This document shows, piece by piece, positions 1 to 8,853 of a stretch of DNA of 60,316 bases. Every line of letters starts with the position of its first letter. The first letter of the stretch is position 1. The stretch is from an uncultured virus (IMG/VR IMGVR_UViG_3300043438_001900). Its lineage: Duplodnaviria; Heunggongvirae; Uroviricota; Caudoviricetes. A program made the translations under genes and the position numbers. Under the pieces are notes generated by a model, which saw nothing but the letters and a program-made list of their open reading frames with translations, was not told the DNA's origin and did no database searches. Where the stretch lies: the IMG/VR virus record IMGVR_UViG_3300043438_001900; one strand, 5' to 3'.

Positions 1-21
1 ACTCACGGACTCCATAAAAAA

Positions 22-735
22 ATGGAGTTTTTTAACCCATTACCTGAAGGTGATATTTTAATTCACGCGGGTGACTGTACCAATGTTGGTAAACCTCATG
101 AGGTTAAAGAATTTGTTGAGTGGTTTCAAAACGTAAAAGGATTTGAAACAAAAATCTTTATTGCGGGAAACCATGATTGGTCATTCCAAAAAGTTAATGA
201 ACCCCACCACTCAGGTGATTATGATTGGTTCCGTCATTTAATCAATGAAGAGAATCTATCCCAATCTGATGTGACATATTTAGAGGACACCAATTTTACA
301 ATTGAAAGTTCAGAGTTTTCAAAACCAATAAAAATCCACGGTAGTCCATGGCAACCTAATTTTTATGATTGGGCATTTAACCTACCAAGATTGGGTGATG
401 AGATTAAAAGTAAATGGGATATGATTCCCGATGATACCGATATTTTAATCACACACGGTCCACCACATGAAATCAGAGATTTTGTCAGTAATTGGAGACA
501 AGGTGATAGGAACGTTGGGTGTGAATTATTGAGGTATGAATTGGATAATAGAATCAATCCACTAATACATGTGTTTGGACATATCCACGGTGCATACGGT
601 GCCACATACATTAAAGATACTCTTTATGTGAACGCATCAACCTGCACAGAAGGATACGTACCATCAAATAAACCAATCGTTATTGACGTAACAGAGAATG
701 ACGGTAAATTAATCGCAACGTATGTCGAAATATAA
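22..735 (+). CDS. calcineurin-like metallophosphoesterase (may be 5'-truncated by window edge)
   Basis: Motifs HAGD, AGNHD, THGPP, FGHIH; frame is open upstream to position 1 (THGLH, first metal motif). Confidence 0.9.
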   Translation: MEFFNPLPEGDILIHAGDCTNVGKPHEVKEFVEWFQNVKGFETKIFIAGNHDWSFQKVNEPHHSGDYDWFRHLINEENLSQSDVTYLEDTNFTIESSEFSKPIKIHGSPWQPNFYDWAFNLPRLGDEIKSKWDMIPDDTDILITHGPPHEIRDFVSNWRQGDRNVGCELLRYELDNRINPLIHVFGHIHGAYGATYIKDTLYVNASTCTEGYVPSNKPIVIDVTENDGKLIATYVEI

Positions 736-1399
736 TGAACCGATAACAGTAGTAATCTCAACAAGAAAAATTGATGAGAACTATGTTAAACAAACAAAGA
801 AGAGTTTTTCTCACCCAAAGACACAGGTATTAATTTACGAAAATAATGGTGAATTCTCACTACCTCAACTTTATAATAAAGGTTTGGATGAATCGGTAAA
901 CGATGTTGTGGTTTTCATGCATGATGACATTGATATTGAAACTACCGGTGTAACCAATAAACTTTTAAGACTTTTTGATACACATCCCGAACATGGAATT
1001 ATTGGACTTGCGGGTACTGATGATTTGGTGAGTGGTATGTGGTGGCAAAAAAGAGAAAGGATGTATGGACAGGTTAAACACGAACATCTTGGTAAGGTAC
1101 ATCGTAATAACTATTCTGGAACGTTTGGAGACGGTTTAAAGGATGTTGTGATTGTCGATGGGTTATTTATCGCAGTACACAAGAAAAGGATTGTGGAGAG
1201 GTTTGATGAGGAGTTTCCGGGGTTTCACTTCTATGACACACCATTCTGTGTTTTAAACCACTTAAAAGGGGTTAAAATAGGTGTTACAACTAAAATATTG
1301 GTTGTACATAAGTCAGTTGGTGCGGTAGATAAGAAATGGGAAAAGAATAGGTTATTCTTCGAGGCAAAGTATGGTCACAATCTACCCTTGACTATTTAA
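722..1399 (+). CDS. GT2-like glycosyltransferase
   Basis: YNKG...VFMHDD (DxD), VDGLFIA, FDE-F-GFHFYD motifs. Confidence 0.8.
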   Translation: MSKYNEPITVVISTRKIDENYVKQTKKSFSHPKTQVLIYENNGEFSLPQLYNKGLDESVNDVVVFMHDDIDIETTGVTNKLLRLFDTHPEHGIIGLAGTDDLVSGMWWQKRERMYGQVKHEHLGKVHRNNYSGTFGDGLKDVVIVDGLFIAVHKKRIVERFDEEFPGFHFYDTPFCVLNHLKGVKIGVTTKILVVHKSVGAVDKKWEKNRLFFEAKYGHNLPLTI

Positions 1400-1443
1400 T
1401 GTATCTGACGTATATTTTATTATATTTATAAAAAAAACCACTT

Positions 1444-1680
1444 ATGAAGAAATTAATTGAAATCGTAAAACAATTCTTAGGTCTTGGAAAAACAGCAAAG
1501 GCCATAACCACAGTAACTCAACTAAACAACGAGGTTAAAGAAGCAATCGTTGAAGTTAAGGAAAAGGTAGAAGAAGTAAAAAAGAAAACAAGATATTATT
1601 CTAAACCAAAATCAAAACCATCTGTAGAAACTACTACAGAAAAAAAATCAAAAAAACCGAACAAACCTAAACAACAATAA
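1444..1680 (+). CDS. small basic hypothetical protein
   Basis: ORF with TATTTATA motif upstream; Lys-rich tail. Confidence 0.7.
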   Translation: MKKLIEIVKQFLGLGKTAKAITTVTQLNNEVKEAIVEVKEKVEEVKKKTRYYSKPKSKPSVETTTEKKSKKPNKPKQQ

Positions 1681-1715
1681 AAAAGTTTACTTACCTTTGT
1701 ATCGTAATATACAAT

Positions 1716-2122
1716 GGGGATGAATGGAATTGATTGGCGTTGGTATTGTACGTGGGCACGTAGTCGGATGTCATCTACGACTTAAATAAATGGTGGTAAC
1801 AATTAGACGGCAACGTTTACAACAACATGGAAGTAGCTGGTTTACTAGCAACTTCTAAGGTGGCAGCCTAACCGCTCCCACTGGACGGGTCGATGGACAT
1901 ATAACCTTGGAACAGAAGTCCTCACGGTGTGGTACCTACCCAAAAAGGTACAAATGGTCTCGTTCAGAGTGCTACCATAAAAAAAGTGAACTCGACACAG
2001 TTTCTGATAACGATGTCAAAATAGGAATCAGATATTTGTCGGTTGTGAATAATCGAATAAACGTGTAGTCCATTTATGGTATGGCGAACAAGACGAGGGT
2101 TCAAATCCCTCCATCTCCACCA
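1716..2122 (+). ncRNA. ssrA: tmRNA
   Basis: 5' GGGGATG pairs with 3' CATCTCC-A-CCA with G3:U wobble (Ala identity); T-arm GAGGG-TTCAAAT-CCCTC; tag ORF 1809-1871 GNVYNNMEVAGLLATSKVAA*; TACCTTTG promoter element at 1692-1699. Confidence 0.95.
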
Positions 2123-2128
2123 AAAAAG

Positions 2129-2153
2129 AAACCCCTCAAAAGAGGGGTTTTTT
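2129..2153. terminator. bidirectional intrinsic terminator
   Basis: AAACCCCTC-AAAA-GAGGGGTTT hairpin flanked by A and T runs between convergent genes. Confidence 0.85.
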
Positions 2154-2157
2154 ATTT

Positions 2158-2643
2158 TTATTTTACTACTGTTTGACTTGGGTCGGATAAATTTTGAATG
2201 TAAGCGTCAATTAATCTACTAACGGCTTCGGGTTTTTCGTCAGCCTTAAATTTTACTTTAATTTTAGCCAAACCCGACCTGTCCGTATTCTTACCTGAAT
2301 CCACCTCAATGCCTTTAATATTGTGTTCATACCCCTGTTTCTTAAATAACCCCAAAAGGGACCTCTTTAAATCTGAAACATTGGTTTCATCTTCACCAAA
2401 TATTAATCTGGCTTCAAATTCAATATCTAATTCATCTAAACCAATAGATGAATGGTCCGCCAATATGTATAGAGGTACAACTAATTCCCTCTCCCCAATA
2501 TAGAACGTTTTTACTTTAGGTGTACCGTCTTCATTGAAGTAGTTTCTTAATGAATTAATATGTTGTCTTTCACTTATACCTTGAGCGACCATTGCCGCTT
2601 CCAATAGACCACCAACAAGTTCCTCAATGTTCAATCTAGCCAT
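2158..2643 (-). CDS. DUF2589-family protein
   Basis: L..L..GL.EAA..AQ N-terminus, VPLY.LA...SIGLDEL.IEF core, C-terminal PEAVSRL. Confidence 0.75.
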   Translation of the reverse strand: MARLNIEELVGGLLEAAMVAQGISERQHINSLRNYFNEDGTPKVKTFYIGERELVVPLYILADHSSIGLDELDIEFEARLIFGEDETNVSDLKRSLLGLFKKQGYEHNIKGIEVDSGKNTDRSGLAKIKVKFKADEKPEAVSRLIDAYIQNLSDPSQTVVK

Positions 2644-2700
2644 TTATAATTTTTTATGTTACTAATATAACATAATTTTTTGACTAAATCAAGTCATTAA

Positions 2701-3297
2701 TTATTTACTTGGGTCAACTGTAAGTGGAATTAAAGATGGCTCTAACATTTGTGTCAAATAGTCAGACAATTTCAACATACCTTCAGTTGGAGGTAATTGT
2801 TCTGCATGAACTTTAACTTCATATTTTGCTGAGTTATCTGTACTTCTTGTGTTTTCTTTGTGGGTTGCCACTTTACCCGCAACTGTTGCGTTAAATTTCA
2901 TACCCCACCAACTTGCAGATGCTGAAGCCGAATAAGAAGATTCACTGTCAGAACTTTCTTTACTTGTTTCAGATGTCTTAACTTCCATTGTAAATGCAAT
3001 GTCAGCCGATGTAATTGCCAAAGAAGGTAATGGAACTAATGGTAACATTGGAACTTTATTATACAATTTTTGTATTTCTTGTTCACCAGTTTCTCCGTTA
3101 GTAACAACCCTGTTCATTTCAACATCTAATGAACGAGCGGTTGTTTTACCGTCTTTATCTTTTTCAAATGCAACTTCAGAGATGTATCTCCAAGTTACTT
3201 CATTTAATTTTGCTTGACCTTTTGCCATTCCGACAATAGGTGAAACAATCAAATCTTCGATTGGAAGACCTGCGAAATTGTCTGCGATTCCTGCCAT
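2701..3297 (-). CDS. DUF2589-family protein
   Basis: FAGLPIEDLI..PI...AKGQ, VPMLPLVPLPSLAI, RSTDNSAKYEVKVHA, P.EGM.KL motifs. Confidence 0.85.
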   Translation of the reverse strand: MAGIADNFAGLPIEDLIVSPIVGMAKGQAKLNEVTWRYISEVAFEKDKDGKTTARSLDVEMNRVVTNGETGEQEIQKLYNKVPMLPLVPLPSLAITSADIAFTMEVKTSETSKESSDSESSYSASASASWWGMKFNATVAGKVATHKENTRSTDNSAKYEVKVHAEQLPPTEGMLKLSDYLTQMLEPSLIPLTVDPSK

Positions 3298-3355
3298 AGT
3301 TTTTTTTTTAATTTGTTTTTATTACTTATAAATACAAAGAAGTTTATTAAAAGGA

Positions 3356-3559
3356 CTAGTCAAACTTTGCCATCCCTTTGTATCTGGTTTTAATTTTTTT
3401 TATTTCCCCCATGGCCTCATTATATGATTTTTTGATATCTTCATTGACCGTGAAATCGAGTACAGTTTCACACCTGGGACACGCTGAAACGGGATGTTTA
3501 ATAATAAATTCTAATGTTAACCCAAGAGGGGTTTTACACATTGGGCAAGGTAATGACAT
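3356..3559 (-). CDS. small zinc-ribbon protein
   Basis: CPMC...CPRC; directly upstream of the DUF2589 pair. Confidence 0.75.
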   Translation of the reverse strand: MSLPCPMCKTPLGLTLEFIIKHPVSACPRCETVLDFTVNEDIKKSYNEAMGEIKKIKTRYKGMAKFD

Positions 3560-3625
3560 AATCTAAAATATAGGGATACTAATAGAGAATATAAAGGGTA
3601 TTCGTAATTGGGTACCCCTATAACG

Positions 3626-3722
3626 AACAAAGGAGTCAATTAAGACCCCTTCGCCGAGATGTGGATACCTCCTTTCGTTTTTAGTTTTAGTTATCGTTTA
3701 CGGGCGACCAAACCAATAAACT
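3626..3722 (-). ncRNA. putative small RNA carrying an extended Shine-Dalgarno (complement of the 16S rRNA 3' end)
   Basis: TATTTAT motif at 3729-3735, GAAAGGAGGTATCCA with no downstream start codon, terminator hairpin AAGGGGTC-TTAATT-GACTCCTTT. Confidence 0.5.
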
Positions 3723-3803
3723 CTATTAATAAATATCCAAAAAAAAAGAGTTAGTAACTAAACTAACCCTTTTTTTAAAATTTATTTTAAATATTTTTTA
3801 ATC

Positions 3804-5222
3804 TTATTTTTTCCATTTGTATTTCATTGTGATATCTTCGTCACCCCTGTCACCAGTTTCTCTTTGTCTAACTTCAGTGTAACCTTTTTCTTCCAATGAT
3901 TTACTTAAAATGTAGTAGTCAGGTCCACTCAATTTAGGTCCTTTCCATACAACTACTTTTCCCCCTCTTCTTACAACCAAATTGTTACTCGATAAAAGTT
4001 CTTGTAATTTATTTTTATCCATTACAGGTTCCGCCGGTACCGGTGGAGGTGTAATTGGAGGAAGTGTTGAACCCGTAGTTGTTCCTGTTAATGTGGTTGT
4101 ACTACCTGTTGTTGTTCCTGTGGTAGCAGCAACCGGTGGTGCCGGAACAACAGTTGTTCCTTTACATTTGGCAATGATTGCATCATACGTTTCTTTTGTT
4201 AATTCTTTCGAACCACCAAGAGCAACCATTGTCTTAGGTCCAAAGTTACCTGTTTGTAAATCCTGAGACATACCTAAACAAGATTGGACTTCTCTAATTT
4301 GGTCACTACTACATCCATATGCCATTGGGAATGATGTACACGGTGTGTATTTAGTTGAACTTCCACCGCCAGTGTTTCCACCACCAGTGTTTCCACCACC
4401 ACCTTGTGTTCCATCATTTCCATCTGGGTCTAACACCACAACCGCTTCATTCGGATACATTTTACCGATTAAGTAAAGAACCGCAGCACCTGTGATACCC
4501 AATACCGCCAATGTTTTCCATTGACCTCGAGATAAACTAAACACTTTAATGTTACTTTGACCTAAAGATTTTGCATCCGCACTAAGAAGTTGACCACCTT
4601 TTACAATGTTAACTTTACCACCTTTTACTTTACTAAGAAGTGCCGCCCCTTGTTTACCTTCACCAACTAATTTTAAGTTGGTTTTAAGTAATGTGGTTGC
4701 TTTGTTATATTTTATCTTATCTAACGCTGCGATGGACTTAGTAATCTGTGAGGTTTTCTGACCCATTTTCACTACCTTAGCACCTTTTAAATTATCAATA
4801 TTACCAACTATTTGTTTACCTGCAGTTTGTAATTCTTTTTTAATAACATCATCTAAACTTTTACTTGCCTCTTTAATAAGGGTTTGTTTTTCAGCTGCAA
4901 CTAACTGTTTATAAGTTTTACCGAATTTTTTAATCGCCAAATCCTCAACTAAAACCGATAAACTTCTTTTATAACCCGGAGCGGCTCTAATTGCCGTCAA
5001 TGAAACTTGTTTAGAGTTTGATTTTGCTAACGTACCAACAACCTTACTAATTTCTTCCGATGCGTATTGTAATACTTTAGCGTCAGATGACCTAAATATA
5101 TTTTTTAAACCTGTAAGAACACTCTTACCAAATCTAGCCAAAAATGCGCCAATTCCGGCAAATTCATCTACCTGTTGCGGTGTGGTTTCCATTTCTTTAT
5201 TTTCCATTTCTTTATATTCCAT
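3804..5222 (-). CDS. putative virion protein with TM segment and peptidoglycan-binding-like domain
   Basis: Hydrophobic LAVLGITGAAVLYLI, Gly/Thr linkers, VQSCLG...GNFGPKT motif. Confidence 0.6.
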   Translation of the reverse strand: MEYKEMENKEMETTPQQVDEFAGIGAFLARFGKSVLTGLKNIFRSSDAKVLQYASEEISKVVGTLAKSNSKQVSLTAIRAAPGYKRSLSVLVEDLAIKKFGKTYKQLVAAEKQTLIKEASKSLDDVIKKELQTAGKQIVGNIDNLKGAKVVKMGQKTSQITKSIAALDKIKYNKATTLLKTNLKLVGEGKQGAALLSKVKGGKVNIVKGGQLLSADAKSLGQSNIKVFSLSRGQWKTLAVLGITGAAVLYLIGKMYPNEAVVVLDPDGNDGTQGGGGNTGGGNTGGGSSTKYTPCTSFPMAYGCSSDQIREVQSCLGMSQDLQTGNFGPKTMVALGGSKELTKETYDAIIAKCKGTTVVPAPPVAATTGTTTGSTTTLTGTTTGSTLPPITPPPVPAEPVMDKNKLQELLSSNNLVVRRGGKVVVWKGPKLSGPDYYILSKSLEEKGYTEVRQRETGDRGDEDITMKYKWKK

Positions 5223-5244
5223 TTTTTTATTTATTTTTTATTTT

Positions 5245-6375
5245 TTAACCAAAAACCCCCATCGCTTCAGCGTCCGCCATGATATCGGGGTTTACATCTG
5301 TTGATGTATTTTCATTATCTGTCGATGCAGTTGCACTTTGAGTTTTTTCTTTTGATGGTGTTAATGCCGTAACAACACCCGCCGTTGCCACACCTACCGC
5401 CACAGCCTTTGCCCCTTGTTTTGATAATAATTTACCTAAAAATGCTTGAAGTTTAGTTAGTACACTATCAATTGCGCGTAAAATAACTGAAATGACAGTA
5501 TCTCCCTTAAATTTCTTTGCCAACGAGTTACCTACGTTTTTTAATGTGCCTTTTAATGCTGGTATCTTAGTTGCTAATGAGTTTAACATTTTAACCATTG
5601 TAGGTGCTGCTTTTTTAACACCAACCTTTTTAATCATTGGAATTGATTTACTAAATACTTTACCAATTGCGGCGGTCAACACTAGAGACAATGCGTCCCC
5701 AATTAAAAACATGAAAGGTGATTCCTTTCTTTCGGGGTCTTTCGGGTCATAATCATTAGTTGCGATTTCATAGATATCTAATAACACAACAATAGCCCAA
5801 ACAATTGCGTTTGTTTTTACCGCAAGTATTGAAACAACAACGTCAATAACAATACCGACACCTGTGTATAATCCACGACGAACCCATCTTAAAAATGGTA
5901 GAACTCCGTTTTTAAACACCCACTCCATACCTTTCATGATTGTACTACCGACATTCTTGACTCCTGATTTTATACCATCCCATGCAGTTGATGCTCCCGA
6001 TTTAATAGTATCCCAAAGACCTTCGTTAATTATTTCACCGTTTTTAATCCATTCATAAACCATATCTTTAGACCACTTAGTGTTCTCAAGAATATTGTTT
6101 ACTTCACTATGAACACTTTCAGTGATTGTATCACCAAGTTTCGTAAGGGATTCTTTTATTAACTCGTTGAATACATGGGTATTTTCCCATATACTTCCAA
6201 TTGATTTTCCATCTCCACCAGCAACAAAAACCTCGTCCATCATGATAAGGTATTTGTTATTTTCAGTTAATACAAAATCAAACACAAAATCTCTTTTTTC
6301 AACAAGACCATACATCTTTTTGATGTTCTGTTTTTCAGACTCTGTAATTACGATTTTTCTTTGATTTGAGTACAT
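5245..6375 (-). CDS. putative virion/ejection protein with hydrophobic helices
   Basis: N-terminal KIVITESE motif, several amphipathic or TM helices, TATTTATA upstream. Confidence 0.6.
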   Translation of the reverse strand: MYSNQRKIVITESEKQNIKKMYGLVEKRDFVFDFVLTENNKYLIMMDEVFVAGGDGKSIGSIWENTHVFNELIKESLTKLGDTITESVHSEVNNILENTKWSKDMVYEWIKNGEIINEGLWDTIKSGASTAWDGIKSGVKNVGSTIMKGMEWVFKNGVLPFLRWVRRGLYTGVGIVIDVVVSILAVKTNAIVWAIVVLLDIYEIATNDYDPKDPERKESPFMFLIGDALSLVLTAAIGKVFSKSIPMIKKVGVKKAAPTMVKMLNSLATKIPALKGTLKNVGNSLAKKFKGDTVISVILRAIDSVLTKLQAFLGKLLSKQGAKAVAVGVATAGVVTALTPSKEKTQSATASTDNENTSTDVNPDIMADAEAMGVFG

Positions 6376-6414
6376 AATTCTTTATTATCTATATAAATAT
6401 ACCGATTTATGAGT

Positions 6415-6663
6415 TTATTTTAAAGGGTTTGATTTACCTCTTTTTAATAATGAACCAACAATATCCGACCATTTGGTAACACCTACTTGATTCGCAGGAC
6501 CTCGAGTCACCCCACTCTCCCATTTACCAACCTCGGGATATCCCTGTTTTGAACCAGAACTCGATGTTCCGGCGGTTGGTTGTGCGGCTGCGGGGTCCTC
6601 ACCTTGTTCGGTAATCCCACTTTTTATGAGGTTATATTGTTTCTCCGATACTATTATTTTCAT
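6415..6663 (-). CDS. hypothetical protein (KIIVSEKQ N-terminal motif)
   Basis: Start moved to ATG 6663 downstream of TATTTATA. Confidence 0.65.
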   Translation of the reverse strand: MKIIVSEKQYNLIKSGITEQGEDPAAAQPTAGTSSSGSKQGYPEVGKWESGVTRGPANQVGVTKWSDIVGSLLKRGKSNPLK

Positions 6664-6762
6664 GTTATCATATAAATATCCCAAAAAAAGTTTAAAAAAA
6701 ATTTGTGATATTCTAAAAAATAAATATCTTTGTCTAAATAATAACCATAAATGGTAACTAAT

Positions 6763-7326
6763 ATGAAAAATTTAATCTTTATTATTGGAGTAATACTCCT
6801 TACGGGATGTGAGAAGTATGAATTGGAAAGTCCACCCAAATTAACGGGTGGTAAGTGGATTTTAACCGATTACGATATTATCGTAATAAGTTCAATTAGT
6901 GACGTTACAGTTGTGAAGAATGATACTGTGTGTATTAATTCGTTTAGTTTACAACATGTAGATAGTGGTAGAATCGTGATGAGACAAGACTATAATGGTA
7001 CCGCATTAGATAGACGTTTTATAAAAGGAAGAACAACTTGGGAATTTGATGGTAATGATAAAGAATTGTATTGTAACTATATCCAAATGCCGGGGGTTCC
7101 TCGACCTAACCCATTTTGGGTTAACTTATCATTGTATGATAAAAATTTAGAAATACTGAACACCACAAATGGGTCAGTTACTAATTACACGTATCAAGCA
7201 AATGATGTTGGATACCCAAGGACTTTGACATTATTAAGCCCATCAATTGTTACGGATTTGTATATGTCTGACGGTACTCGAGATAAGGCTGTAACTGTAA
7301 AGATTACCTTATATTTTATGAGGTAG
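6763..7326 (+). CDS. lipoprotein
   Basis: MKNLIFIIGVILLTG-C lipobox; TTTG..TATCTTTG promoter upstream. Confidence 0.75.
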   Translation: MKNLIFIIGVILLTGCEKYELESPPKLTGGKWILTDYDIIVISSISDVTVVKNDTVCINSFSLQHVDSGRIVMRQDYNGTALDRRFIKGRTTWEFDGNDKELYCNYIQMPGVPRPNPFWVNLSLYDKNLEILNTTNGSVTNYTYQANDVGYPRTLTLLSPSIVTDLYMSDGTRDKAVTVKITLYFMR

Positions 7327-7327
7327 A

Positions 7328-7696
7328 TTACTCGTCATAGATGGTTTCATCCATCTGTGCAAATAGTTTGATGTATTGTCCCGCCTTTGAGTTTGCCTCA
7401 TCTTCAATATCCCCTCCGATATCTGCGGGTTTGACTTTTAAACGACCTTGTTCGAATTGTTTGTGGTGAACCATTTCGTGGGCAATACTTCTTAAAATAT
7501 CAACCAACGCTCTGTTTTTAACATTTATCTTAACAAACTTCTCCTCATTAGAATAATTGTAGGCCGCGGTTGTTTTGAGTTTACCTCTCCCGTTCTGTAA
7601 AACCACAGTAGGACACTTCTCTAATTGAAGTTCCTTCTTTACAAATTTTACAAATTCGGATACCTTGTCTCTTTTATTCTCGTCTAAAAAACTCAT
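7328..7696 (-). CDS. HExxH zincin-like metalloprotein
   Basis: AHEMVHHKQ...E.EAN. Confidence 0.65.
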   Translation of the reverse strand: MSFLDENKRDKVSEFVKFVKKELQLEKCPTVVLQNGRGKLKTTAAYNYSNEEKFVKINVKNRALVDILRSIAHEMVHHKQFEQGRLKVKPADIGGDIEDEANSKAGQYIKLFAQMDETIYDE

Positions 7697-7782
7697 ACCA
7701 ATAAATACTACGAAAAATTATTTTAGGTATACGTAAATTTGTATATATAATTAATCGGTTTTTTCATATACTTACCAATACA

Positions 7783-8109
7783 ATGGACTGGTACGTAATC
7801 CAATATTTGTATCCAACGGCACTGAATAGGTTCTGCAACACAATGTTTCCAAACGTTGGCATACCTTGTGTTTCGGTGTTGGAGTTCTATGATATTAAAA
7901 AATTATATCACTTTTTTGACAAACAGGGAATCTACCTAACAGTTGAAATGATTACACGTGATATGTGGGTTTATATGGTATCATTAGATAATGGGAGAGT
8001 TATCGCCCCGAGTCAAGATTCTAAAAAAAAACGAGAAGACGTTGAGGTACAAGGTTTCTATGAGTGTTTTCAATTACTTGAGAGTAAATTACGAAATAGT
8101 TATATATGA
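7783..8109 (+). CDS. hypothetical protein
   Basis: ORF overlapping next gene start. Confidence 0.65.
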   Translation: MDWYVIQYLYPTALNRFCNTMFPNVGIPCVSVLEFYDIKKLYHFFDKQGIYLTVEMITRDMWVYMVSLDNGRVIAPSQDSKKKREDVEVQGFYECFQLLESKLRNSYI

Positions 8110-8420
8110 TGGAAGAGAACTTTTTATTCCTATTACAGTCGGCAAAACATATTAAATCGGGGAATTATGCTGATGATGATATTGATTTCATCACTGAATT
8201 AGTATTAACCATTGACAATGAGATATTAATTGGGTATAATAGTACATGTAGTATTACTTCGTTGGGTAATGATTTAGAATTTTTCAATAAAATTGTTAAC
8301 TTTCTACTTCGATACTATGAGGAAACCGAAGAATATGAAAAATGTGAACTTTTACAAAATAAACTAACTGAGTCTACGGACATAAAGAATCAAAAATTGA
8401 CAGAAAATGAGCATAATTAA
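8106..8420 (+). CDS. hypothetical protein with C-terminal UVR-like motif
   Basis: YYEETEEYEKCELLQ. Confidence 0.6.
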   Translation: MMEENFLFLLQSAKHIKSGNYADDDIDFITELVLTIDNEILIGYNSTCSITSLGNDLEFFNKIVNFLLRYYEETEEYEKCELLQNKLTESTDIKNQKLTENEHN

Positions 8421-8539
8421 AATGAGTGATGAAGAGAAACAAAAAATTCTCGAAAAACACAAACAGTCCATCAAGGACTCAAATGACAAAAAAGAAGAAT
8501 TAAAGAAGGGTTTACAAAAACCTGAAAACACAAAAAAAC

Positions 8540-8782
8540 CTAATCAATAAGATTAGGTTTTTCTTTTTTAGACAATGTTCTCGAAAAGAAAATATACGAC
8601 AACCAAAAACATCCGGAAATAAAGTAAAAAATTATATCTGCAGCCCAATATGAGCCAGTTATTTCCATCAGTAATCTGAAAAGGGCGTCGTACCCAAATG
8701 GGAGAAAGAACATTGCTAACATTAGCGACGTATCTCTGAAGAGGGTTAATCTCTTTTCCTTGTCTTTTAATTTTACTATCAC
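8540..8782 (-). CDS. small two-TM membrane protein
   Basis: Two hydrophobic stretches; TATTTATA upstream. Confidence 0.55.
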   Translation of the reverse strand: MIVKLKDKEKRLTLFRDTSLMLAMFFLPFGYDALFRLLMEITGSYWAADIIFYFISGCFWLSYIFFSRTLSKKEKPNLID

Positions 8783-8853
8783 CTTCGGGGTCCATGTATT
8801 ATAATTAATCTTATTATGGGTCTAAATCTAAAACGAAATCCTTAATATAAATA

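Noticed and set aside
3693..3706. CCGTAAACGAT resembling 16S ~810-820 on the minus strand
   Set aside because: 11-nt match in the opposite sense to the SD-like segment; cannot be separated from chance
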